The translations under genes were made by a program, and so were the position numbers. This document shows, one piece after another, positions 51,666 through 64,000 of a stretch of DNA of 64,000 bases. How positions within the stretch are numbered: position 1 is the stretch's first letter; each line of letters begins with the position of its first letter. Below the pieces are notes generated by a model. The model was not told the origin of the DNA. It did not search any database and saw only the letters and a program-made list of their open reading frames with translations. Source of the stretch: Paraspadella gotoi (lineage: Eukaryota > Animalia > Chaetognatha); contig CM119270.1 in the NCBI GenBank assembly GCA_051294375.1, positions 6,115,038 through 6,179,037 of the forward strand, written 5' to 3'.

Positions 51666-51872
51666 GAAGAGAGTGAGAGAGAGGACTTTCTCCTCCAAAA
51701 CATCCAACATCCCTATTTTTTCATTTCCCTCTTATTTATCTTAATTTTTTCTTTAAATAAAGTGTCTTGTCTTTTTCTTTTATTATCCACGATGTTCAAT
51801 TCGTCATATTCTTCTTTCTTCTACAAGCGACGCCTTTTTATTTATTCATTCGTTTATTTATTCATGTATTAA

Positions 51873-52073
<201 letters not shown>

Positions 52074-53132
52074 TAAAAAATAATTAAATTTTTCAAATAT
52101 TTAAATAATAAAATACTTAAACCTTTAATTATTTCTAAAATATAATGGCTATTTTTTAACTGTTCTTGTTTCTTGAAACTTCGAAGTTTAAACAACGAAT
52201 TCACCTGTGTTAATCAGTCCTGATTATTTATTACATATTACTCGTGACCCAAGACACAACATTTTTACCTCGAGGTTCTTATTTCAATTTTCCTTAATTT
52301 TACTCAAAAGTATCAAGATCACATCGCCGTTATTCTTCTTCCTCTTCCTCCTCCCGTAAACATAGCTCAGTCTTCTCCTCTTCCCCGGGTTTTTTCTTCT
52401 TCCCGCGTCCTGCGTCCGACGCCTTTTCGCCCGTGCATTTTGCGCGTTATGGAGATTATATAGGAGAAGAGAGAGAGAGAGAGAGAGAGAATAGTTTAAG
52501 ACAAGAGGAGAGAGGATGTACTCGAGAAAGAGAGGGAGATTGAGAGGGAATAATTAAACCAAATGAGTTCTAAACACAGTAAATCTACTTCAGTTAGTAG
52601 GAATGTTCTGGTTATTGCCCAAAGAAGAAGAAACTTCTCAAATCGATTTATAGAGCAGACGATTCACTGCTGTTTTCCACATTACAATCAGAAACGTACG
52701 GCGAAAAAAATATCCGCGAGCAAAGACGAATACAAGTTTCTTTGTAGAATAATCAGCAATTCACGAGCTTACTGCAAGATATTGTGGGCATATTTTTTTT
52801 TTCGACAATGTCCCTTGCTCGAACGCCAAGATACAACTCTCACTTGTATATTATCATTTATCTGGATATTTGATAACTTTGTCCCTCCCCTTTTCCTGTC
52901 GCCAGGGGAATAAGAAGGGCCAGTTATTTCCTTATAACTCATTGCAATAAGAAACGAGCATCCATTTTCATCTGTGGACCTCTCTATTTCCCGTCAATCT
53001 AAAATGCCATCTGCAACGCCATTCTGCAACCGCCATCTTTACACACCCGAACCGTAACCTGTTTCACACTCGTTTTCTCACGCACGCCGATTTCGCTTTG
53101 ACCTTCTCCTTGAGAGTTGACCTGTATTGACC

Positions 53133-53184
<52 letters not shown>

Positions 53185-56083
53185 ACCATTTGCTTTTCAC
53201 CTCTCCATCTCGACCTACCGTTCACTTTTTTCAGCCGCCCCAATGAATGGAAGAAAGACCGGTTAGAAGCCCGTCAGCCTGGGGGAGAAATACCAGACAT
53301 ACGGACAGATTAGCTCGGTTCAGAGCAGCGACATTTCTTTATAAAATTCGGCACTTGTAAATCCGCGTAAACGATAGAAAGATGATCTCGTGGGGGTTGA
53401 AACCAATAAGGTTCACCATCACGAAACATGGCCTTGCAGGAGCTTTAACGGTGAAGACTGAAGAGATAACGAGAAGACAAGAAAAGACGGAAGAGAAAGA
53501 GAAGAGAGAGAACAAGAGCAAGCAGAAGCCGAGACGAAGAGAAGGACGAACGAGAGAGAAGACGGAAGACGAGAGAAAGGAGGAGACGGCAGAAAGAACA
53601 AGAAAAGGAAGACAAAAGGCGAAGACAAAGAAAACCAGAGAAGAAAAGAAGAGGAAAAAAAAGAAAAGAAACGAAAGAAAGAAGCAAGCAAGAAAGAACA
53701 CCAGAACGGTTCTGACGGGCACAAGGCCAAGCTGTCGATCTGCTACGATAATAAGCCGGTAATAGAGCCGGTAACTCTCGATGATAAAATCACCGCGCGG
53801 GGGTAATTTTTTGCTGACCTGTACATTGTGATCGTTTTAAAGAGATCATTAACAAATTATAGACGATCACACAAAGTCCGCACAACGTAAACAGACTTCT
53901 AATGAAATCTATAGAAAAAAATGCTATAAACATCCAACGTTGAGCTCTATCAATTCTTAATCAAAAGTTCCTGCCAATTATTTGGTCAACTGGCGNNNNN
54001 NNNNNNNNNNNNNNNNNNNNCGGTTAGAGCCCGTCAAGCTGACGAAAAATGCAATTTTGTAAAAATGAAATTCAAATTTAAATATAATCTTTGCAGGGAC
54101 CTGCTATGTCAATATATTGTAAGAGTGATGGAGGCCTTAAACCACCAAAGCCTGTCCAAAGTCAGGGGCAAGATAGCTTATTTATTAAATGAATGTATAA
54201 TTTTTATAGTGGTTGTACCAATTTAATTAAATAATTTACAATTTCGTCTTGACGGCATACATTTTACTCGCCCAATTTCCACTTTTCGAAAATAGTGTTC
54301 GCATTTGTCCGACCACTTCTAATCCCAATCTCTATCCACCCACATCGACGACGCCTTTCATTTCTTCGGCGCCCTAGCGGTCATTCAAGTCCACAAAAAG
54401 TGGTCAGGGGAATTGGGCGGGGAGGTTGAGAGGAATAAGAGGGTCAAAAGAATCCAGGGGTCAGGGGAATTTCTCGACTTTTTTAAAAGGGAAAGGAAGG
54501 GAGGAAGAGAAGATTTGGAGAAGGAAAGGGAGAGTCTGACCTTCTCCAAAGATTTTGACTCGATGACCCTTTCCTCGCTTTATCCTCGTCCAGGGACGGG
54601 CAACCTTTTTTTCGCCCCCTCTTTCGACGGCATATCTCATTTTTTTTCTCTTACCCCCTTACTCCTTTCATTTTTTTCTTTCCTCTCTTTTGCCACTTTA
54701 AACTTCTTTTTTTCATAAACAGAAAGATTTTAAAACTTTCCAACCTTGCCTTTCGGACGTGTGAGTCCGAGAGTCCGAGTCATTCTAGAGGTTCGAACTT
54801 CATGGACGTTCAACTTTTTACTCCAAGATGTCCAAAATTAAATCGCAAATTAAATTCGCAAAAAAAAAAGAAAGTACCTTGGGAATCAAAACTTATCTGT
54901 TTCCACTTATTGAAGACTCGCCAAAAGAGTCGAAATATGTCCGTATATATAATAAAACAAATCGTTTATGAAACAATTTTTTCAAACTTTTTCTAAATCT
55001 GTTTCTACTTAAAATATTGAACGGATACGAATCCCAAATAAGACATACTGACCAAATTATTGACTGTACTACAATCTTTCACACCAATCCCACCAATCCT
55101 TATAGATACCCTTGTTGGCCTTGCCCGGTTCCCCGTCCGCTTTCTTTCCGACCTCCTTACCCCCGTTTCATTCCACCCCACCCCCCCTCAACCCCTCACC
55201 CCCATTCGCGGGTCTTTGACCTTTTATTCGTCATATTTCTCGCGTTGGCGGGAAAAGAAATGGGGAGAGGCGTTGGACTCAATGGGGTGGGGAAGAGAGA
55301 AAAAGAGAAGAACGTTGTTTTCTTTTTTATAAATAACATCCTTTGAACTTAACAAAATTTATTTTGGCCTTACCTGATCCTTTTTTTAATAACTACACTA
55401 ATTGCCTTTCGCGACCTCACCTGACTAACCACGCGCGACTCTCCCTAACTTACCCTCCGAAGATTCTTCCTTCTTTCTGGACAACTAACTCCTGATCGCC
55501 AAGAGGCGCCTCGGGCCTTGACCCCTCGGGAGACCGGCGATCCTCGCCGGCTCTTTTTGACCTCTCCAGCCGCCTTTTGACCCCTGACGGCTCATCTTGA
55601 ACCCGTCGGGGCTTCGTTGACTCTTAGCGGCTCTTTCTGACCCGTCGGGACTCCTTGAACTTTTAGGAGCCTTTGAGACCGATCGAAGGAAAATAGGCGT
55701 GGCGAGTCTGCGTCGTCGTCGTCGTCGTCGTCGTCGTCATCATGGCGAAATATATCTTCGCAATCTTGCGAGAATCGCAAAAACTTCAACCTTTAAATTC
55801 GAGTCGGTTTGGGCTCATGTTTTAGNNNNNNNNNNNNNNNNNNNNNNNNNNNNNNNNNNNNNNNNNNNNNNNNNNNNNNNNNNNNNNNNNNNNNNNNNNN
55901 NNNNNNNNNNNNNNNNNNNNNNNNNNNNNNNNNNNNNNNNNNNNNNNNNNNNNNNNNNNNNNNNNNNNNNNNNNNNNNNNNNNNNNNNNNNNNNNNNNNN
56001 NNNNNNNNNNNNNNNNNNNNNNNNNNNNNNNNNNNNNNNNNNNNNNNNNNNNNNNNNNNNNNNNNNNNNNNNNNNNNNNNNNN

Positions 56084-56115
<32 letters not shown>

Positions 56116-57016
56116 TAAAAGAATCTCTGCCCCAGAAATTTTTTTCTCCTCCGATTCTACAAATTTTAAGGAAGATTAATTTATTATTTCGCACGATTTA
56201 TTTTTTTCTTTAAAAATCTTTTAGTTTCTTTAAAAAAACCTTTTTTTCATTTTTCCTCCTAGATCCTGGCTGCCAGTGGACCATAGTTGGTGAACTTAAA
56301 ATTAAAACATTTAGTAGAAGACTTATAGGGGAGATAAATTAACCATTTATTTAAAACCACGATTCATTCATTCATTCATTCATTCATTCATTCATTCATT
56401 CATTCATTCATTCATTCATTCATTTATTCATTAATTTATTCATTCAATCATTCATTTATTCATTCATTCATTCATTCATTCATTCATTTGCTTTGTTTAA
56501 TATCTTCTCTTTCATTTTTATTTTCTTTTACTTCGCCATCGCATTTCCTCCCTTTTCTTTTCTCGTTCCTCCCTCTTCTTTTCTCGTTCCTCTCTCTTCT
56601 TTTCTTCTACCTTTCTTCGCAACTTCATTTTTCCGTCGCCATTTTGAATTTCGCTCTAACTTTTTGGTGAACGAGAGATCGGAGAGTTGGGTTCACACGG
56701 TGTGTGAATGAAACAAAATCTTAATTTTTTGCAAGGTGATACTTAATTTTTATGTCTGTTTTCAGTCAAACATACTATGGCAGAAAATGTCCTTGCACAG
56801 CACGACATTAAAGATATAAAACAGCGCAGCACAGTCGCAACATAGTTTGGTTCGGCACCCAATCCAACATAACTTCCTCTCGCTTCATAGATATGAGCAT
56901 CGTTCCCTCAATTACCCTTTTTCATTTTGCCAAATTTTCCTCGTCGTTATGATTACCTCCCTTTCTCTCTTTCATTTCATTCATTCTTTCTTTCTAACTT
57001 AATTCTTTCTTTTTTT

Positions 57017-57088
<72 letters not shown>

Positions 57089-57425
57089 TATTTTTTTCTT
57101 TCTGTTGTCTTTCAAGCTTTCTTTCTTTCTTTTATTTTTTTTCCTTCCTTTTTTCTTTCTTTCTTTCTTTCTCTCTTTTTTATATCATTCTTTCTTTCTT
57201 TCCTTCTTTCCCCCTAAAAGTTTCACCTCTCTATGATTACTTTTTTGACTTTCTTTCCTTCCATTTTTTCTTTCCATCTTTCTTTTTCCTTCTCTCTCTT
57301 TGCCAAATTTTCCCGTTCGCTATGATTACCTTTCCACCACCATAACCATTTTTCAAGTCGGCAGCGCCAAAAACTCCCGAATTTTTGGCGAGAGATCTTG
57401 TCTTTCTTTCTTTCTTTCTCTCTTT

Positions 57426-57509
<84 letters not shown>

Positions 57510-57679
57510 TCCGTCGAAAGAGGAATTTGTCGAAATTGTTCTGGAATGAGGTTATCAGGGAATAAGATCTTAATTTTCATGAAAAAGTGGCATCTTTACG
57601 ATTTTCGCGGGAAGGATTTTGGTTGGTGGCCCTCTGGCGGTTGCAGGCGCTCGGCGCAAACAAAAAAAAACAATAAACA

Positions 57680-58139
57680 AAAGAATAAATCAGCGAAAGA
57701 AAAAAAAATGAATCAGAAAAATAATGAAATGTGAGGATTTTTTGTCACAGTGACAGATGAAGATTTGCTTAATTTTTGTGAATTTACAATACGTATAATG
57801 AAGAAGAAAGCATTTGTTGGAGAAGACCAGGAAATTTGTAAGAAAGCAAATTCAGGTGTCTTAAAGACAGAGATATTGAGAGAAAGAGTCGAAAAGATAG
57901 AGAGTGAGTGAGAGGGAGAGTCAGAGAGAGAAAGGGAGAGAAAGAAACGAGGGGGCGAAAGTTTTTTGAAAAGAAAAGGAAAGAGAAAGGGAAATAAAGG
58001 AGAATAAAAGAAACTTGAATGAAAAAAAAAAGGAAGCGTGAAGAGTAGAATTGTAAAGGGAACGCAGAAGCAGCAGAGAGCAGCAGAGAGCAGAGAGAGA
58101 GCGAGAGAGAGGAGAGAACGCAGCAAGACGAGACTGAGA

Positions 58140-58170
<31 letters not shown>

Positions 58171-58488
58171 TAAAAAGGACGTTAACTGCGCCACTTCATG
58201 ACCATTAAAATTTCGGCAATTGGCTTCCCTATCTTTTTCTTTCCTCCCTCTCGCTTTGACGTGCCTGNNNNNNNNNNNNNNNNNNNNNNNNNAAAGAAGA
58301 AAGAAGAACAGAAAAGAAAGAAACGCAAAATAATAAACAGTGGCAGCCGACGTCAAAGCGTAGAAGGGAGGAAAGAAAAAGATAGGGAAGCCAATTGCTC
58401 GCTGAAAATTTTATGGTCAGAAGTGGGTAGCAGTTAACGAAGTCACTTTTTAAACATTCCTCTCCTCTCTCTCTTCTTTCTCTCTTCT

Positions 58489-58525
<37 letters not shown>

Positions 58526-59045
58526 CTCTCTGCTTCTCTCCTCTCTCTCGTCTCTCTCTCTCTCTGCTGCTCTCTGCTGTTCCGTTACCCTTTCAAATTC
58601 TACTCTTCACGCTTCCTTTTTCTTTTTCAATTCAAGTTATCTTTTATTCTCGCTTTATTTCCCTTTCTCTCTTCCTTTTTCTTTCAAAAAACTTTCGCCC
58701 GCCTCGTTTTTTCTTCTCTTCATCCTCTCCGCTTGTTTCTCTCTCTGACTCTCCCTCTTCACTCCACTCTCTAACCTATCCTTTTCGACTCTTTATCTCT
58801 CAATCATCCTCTGTCCCTTTAAGACAACCTGAATTTGCTTTCTTAAGCAAATTTTTCCGCTGGTGCTTTCTCCAACAAATGCTCCTTGCTTCCATTGAAG
58901 TACGTATTGTAAATTCAGACAAAAAATTAAGCAATAAGCAAAAATCTTTCAATCTGTTCGACTGTGGACAAAAAATGCCTCAAACGATTTCATCTATTTT
59001 TAATATAGATTCATTTTTTATTTGATTTCGCTGATTTATTATCTT
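57680..59045. repeat. Inverted duplication (~600-700-bp arms) centred on the 25-N gap at 58268-58292
   Basis: 58343-59045 is a noisy reverse complement of 57680-58267. Confidence 0.85.
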
Positions 59046-59401
59046 ATGTTTATTTTATTCATTTTTGATAATTTTTTTATTGTTATTTCTTATTTTTTCT
59101 GGATTTCTTTTTTTTGTATTATTTATTCTTTTTTGATATATTAAATATTTATTTTTATGAATTTATTTTTTTTATTTATTTTTTCTTTATTTATTTATCA
59201 TTAATTTTCTGTTTTTTTTTTATGTATACTTTATTAATTTATTTATAATTTTTGGTTACATATTGTGTTTTTTTTTAATTTTTTTATTTTTTTTTTTATA
59301 TTGTATTCTTTTTAGTATTTTATTTTATTTATTTAATTTTCTTTTTTTTTTATTTTTATTTTGATTTTATTTTATTTTTATATTATTAATTTTTTATTAT
59401 C

Positions 59402-59432
<31 letters not shown>

Positions 59433-61045
59433 ATTTTTTTTATTTTGGACTTGCTTTCGCTCTTCTCTTCAAAAGTACCACGTGTCTTCAACTTTGCTTG
59501 TTCTAAACTTATCCGTTATCCATGTAAGGTATACCTTTAAACCTTTACCTTTATACCTACTACTCATCGTATCCCTCATACTTTAAATCTCTGAGATAAT
59601 TTCTCAAAGACTCAGAGAACTTTGCCCAAAAAAAAAAAGAAAAAAGTTCGTCGACTTCATTTCCTCTTCTTTTCTTCTTTTTTTTTAATTTCTTTTCTCT
59701 CCCATTCTTCCCTCATTCCTATTTCTTCTTTCCTTTTTTTTTGTGTCCCAAACTTTTTTCTTCTTTTTCGGCGCAACGACCTTTCGCTCGCTGCCGAAAT
59801 TCTTTTAATTACCCATTCGCGCGTCTCTCTCTCTCTTTTTACTCTCTCGTTTCTTTTCTTCTCAGACGCCCGACTCTTTCTCCCTTTCCCTTTTCCTCCC
59901 TTTCCTTTTCCTCCCGCCCTTGAAACTCTCTTCTTCTTCTTTTCTCATGACAATGCGACACCCAATCCTCATCTCCTCCTACTTCCTTCTTTTTCATCGC
60001 AATGAGAATTCCATATTTTCCTTCCCCTTTTCTCTGTCGCTTCGAGATCCACTCGAATCCAACTGTCTCCCTCTCTCTGTCTCTCTGTCTCTCTCTCTCT
60101 CTCTTTCTCTAACGCACACACACACACACACACAAACACACAAAAACACACACACACACACGCGCACACACTCACTTATAAACTATTATAAAGATTAAGT
60201 AAAGATGAACACCCATTAATATATCAAAATTCTTAAAAAATTTAATCGACTTCAACACAATAAGAATAAGTATGATAAAAATGAAGATACGAATATTTTT
60301 TAAGACGGGGAGTATATTGATTGATTGATTGATTTATTCTGCTCATAATGTTAATAAAACACATTTACAAAATGTAAAGGAAAAGAGGAGGAAGAGAAGG
60401 AGGAGGAGGAGGAGGAGGAGGATGAGAAGCTGAATGATTCGCATCTTCGCTTCAAAATTAGTTTCACCTTCAAATGCGCAATAAAATTTTCAATGCTATC
60501 ATCTTCCTCCTTCATATTCCTCCTCCTCTTCCTCCTTCATATTTCTCTTCCTCTTTCTCCTTCATATTCCTCCTCCTCTTCCTCATTCATATTCCTCCTC
60601 CTCTTCTTCTTTGTACCGGGACCCTTTCTTTTTTTTCTTTTTTTTATTTTGAAATTTTTTTTTCCTTTATTCCATTATAGTTTTTTTTTCCGGCCATCCT
60701 ACTTAGTACTTACCCTTATAAAAACGCAAATATTAACTATTAAATCCTAATTATCGAACATTTTGTATAATATTTTTGAATTTACTAGGATTGTAGTTCA
60801 AATACTTTTCTCCTTTGTTTTNNNNNNNNNNNNNNNNNNNNNNNNNNNNNNNNNNNNNNNNNNNNNNNNNNNNNNNNNNNNNNNNNNNNNNNNNNNNNNN
60901 NNNNNNNNNNNNNNNNNNNNNNNNNNNNNNNNNNNNNNNNNNNNNNNNNNNNNNNTTTTTTTTAATTTGACGTCGGATTTCACTTCAACTTTTTTGTCAA
61001 AAAAAACGTCAACATTTTCTTTCTTTCTTTCTTTCTTTCTTTTTT

Positions 61046-61133
<88 letters not shown>

Positions 61134-61837
61134 TAATTCATTCCTCTTTAATTTTTCCTCCGCGCCGCGAACCGGGCGAATCCTCAAAATGGCCCATGAT
61201 GCGATTTTTATGAATTGAACCGGGGAATGAAGAAAGGGGAAGGGGGAAGGGAAAAGAAAGGAAGGAAGGAAAGGGAGGAAAGGAAAGGGAGGAAAGGAAA
61301 GAAAGAGGGTGGTCGTGGGTAGGGGGAGGGGGCGGACGAGGCCCATAGGATGAACCGGATTGAAAAAGAATCTTTTGTTTCTTTGAGACTGAAAGGTTTT
61401 GCAAAGATTCGTCGTCGTCGTTTTTTTTTTGTCGTCGTCGTCGTTGTTGTCGTCGTTGTTGACGTCCTTCTGGTCGTTGTTGTTCTCCTTTCAACGAATC
61501 TCCGCTCATCATCATAATTTATGTTGTCATTGTTGTCTTTCGTGTCATTCTTGACATTTTCGTCTCCTTTATTTTTTTTTAAGGAAGCGCTTTCTTATTC
61601 TTGTTATCATTTAATAACAGTAACATAATCATCTTCACTATCATTATCATTTTCGTCGTCTTAATCTCATTATCATCATTATCATTGATTTTATAATCAT
61701 TATCATTGTCGTCGTTATCATCGTCATCCCCAATGACGTCATTTTTTCTCTCATTCCTTTTAATCTATCGGAGTTCCTCTTCTTGGTTCCATTTGGAGCC
61801 ATTGCCTCAGATTCCTTGGACGATGACAATGGAGCTT

Positions 61838-61963
<126 letters not shown>

Positions 61964-62270
61964 GTCTTAGCATCATTTTTGGATCTTTAATCACCTTTTT
62001 TGGTGGAACTGAAGCGAAATTCGTTGTGGTGGACGTCGTTTTTTTCGTCGTCATCTTCGTCGAGTCTTTTTGCTCGATTTTCTTTCGCTGACAACTTGGA
62101 CGCGCAATTCGCCTTTTTCGGCGTTAGATTTAGAAGAATAAACGATAAATATCGAGCACAGAAGGGATGAATTTGATCCTATGTAAAATTTCGTTTCGTA
62201 GCTTTCCGATTGCAGATGTATAACTTATTTTTTATTTTGGCAAATTGCATATCTGGCGGTCGTCCATGTC

Positions 62271-62373
62271 GCCGTCTCTCGGCCACCGTCTCTCGGCCGC
62301 CGTCTCTCGGCCGCCGTCTCTCGGCCACCGTCTCTCGGCCGCCGTCTCTCGGCCGCCGTCTCTCGGCCGCCGT
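62271..62373. repeat. 14-bp tandem repeat Rccgtctctcggcc, 7 copies plus a partial unit
   Basis: Near-perfect units; only the first base varies (g/a). Confidence 0.95.
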
Positions 62374-63371
62374 TCTTTTTTTTTCTTTCGGACAATGACC
62401 TTGCAACTGACGCTGTTTGATGGCGGTTGGCGATGGCAATGCCGCAATGGCAACAGTCAGAGTTGGTCGCTCAACTATTGTGTCTTGATTCAAAGTTGGT
62501 GGTTTTGCATCGTCCTTAGACGCCTTGCTTTGTTCCGGCTACGCGAAAAAAAAAACAGATTTTCGACAAAAAGCGGACTTTCACTTAAAAAAAAAAAAAT
62601 TTACAAAATAATCAATAATTGCAAAAAATATATTAGTTACAGCAGTAACGATACCAATCTGTTGAAACTGCTGTAACTTCAGCAAACACAAAAATTAATT
62701 TCTCTTTTCTCTCGGTCCTTTTCTTGTGGCAATCGAGTGACCGCGAATGCGACGAAGATGGCAATAGTGGCGAAGATTGCCATCTGCCGTCTGACCCGAA
62801 GTCGATTCTCGACGAACGTCCAACCGCGCGTGGATTTTATGGGACGTGGACGAATTGGGGTATTGGTGGGAGGAGGAGGAGGAGGAGGAGGAGGAGGAGG
62901 AGGAGGATGAAGACGCTTGACCGAATCTCGCGCTTATGACGGTTGGGGGCGTGGCGCTCCGACGAGACTCGGGTGCGATGACCCACATCCGTCGATGTCC
63001 TCGTATTTCTCAGAAATTCAAACGACATGAACGACGACGACGACGATGAAGACGACAAAGAAGACGACGACGACATTTTCGGATGATTCTCGATCCTCAT
63101 TGGAAGATTTTATTTTCCCTCGGACAAAAGTTTAAAATCCTCTTTCTGGTCTCATTGTTTTTTTCCTTTTAATTAATTTCCCTCCACTATTCGATCAATT
63201 AAATTTTTATTCTTTCGTTCATTCTTCATTCATTCATTCATTCATTCATTCATTCATTCATTCATTCATTCATTCAATTATTCTTTCCTCGATTAACCTA
63301 GAGCAGCTTACGAACCAGAAAGAACCTTTTGAGAGTTTATTTCTTGTCCCGTTTTCCATTTACCTGCCGCC

Positions 63372-63416
<45 letters not shown>

Positions 63417-64000
63417 GCCGCCGCCGAGGCCGCCGACGCCGCCACCGTCGCCGCCACCGTCGCCGCCGCCGCCGCCGTCGTCGCCGCCACTGATGCTTCA
63501 AAAGTTTTCTTTACCTTAATTTTCTTCTTTTTTTCCACTTTTCCTTTTAAAGTTTTTCTCTTCTTTTTTCCCTTTTCNNNNNNNNNNNNNNNNNNNNNNN
63601 NNNNNNNNNNNNNNNNNNNNNNNNNNNNNNNNNNNNNNNNNNNNNNNNNNNNNNNNNNNNNNNNNNNNNNNNNNNNNNNNNNNNNNNNNNNNNNNNNNNN
63701 NNNNNNNNNNNNNNNNNNNNNNNNNNNNNNNNNNNNNNNNNNNNNNNNNNNNNNNNNNNNNNNNNNNNNNNNNNNNNNNNNNNNNNNNNNNNNNNNNNNN
63801 NNNNNNNNNNNNNNNNNNNNNNNNNNNNNNNNNNNNNNNNNNNNNNNNNNNNNNNNNNNNNNNNNNNNNNNNNNNNNNNNNNNNNNNNNNNNNNNNGAAA
63901 TTGTTCGCAGGATCGAGATTAAATTGAGCTTTTGCTTATGAATTATTTATACCGATATTACTATTTCTTTCTCAAAGCGTTTTCGGAACTTAATGTTGGG

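Noticed and set aside
53339-53762. Lys/Arg/Glu-rich ORFs
   Set aside because: Purine-rich low-complexity sequence with no splice or domain support.

Overview
Animal (invertebrate-like) eukaryotic draft genome: AT-rich, intron-rich and full of microsatellites. The assembly is badly affected by long-read gap filling. Nine gaps of exactly 25 N are flanked by indel-riddled direct and inverted copies of the same loci, so about half the window is redundant. Supportable genes are the 3' half of EF1-alpha (5 clean exons, plus 2 upstream exons seen only in a noisy inverted copy), an unidentified multi-exon Ser/Thr/Pro/Gln-rich gene, an RTP-like zf-3CxxC gene present in both arms of a ~10.4-kb palindrome, and one FoxJ2/3 forkhead exon. 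The main finding is a ~230-bp insert just downstream of EF1A (2980-3212) that is absent from the three other copies of the locus. It consists of a tRNA-like Pol III head (A box, B box, T-arm) fused to a complete circularly permuted, P5-open twister ribozyme fold (3093-3172). This is a candidate ribozyme-bearing SINE or retrozyme. All folding and alignments were done by eye and no searches were run.
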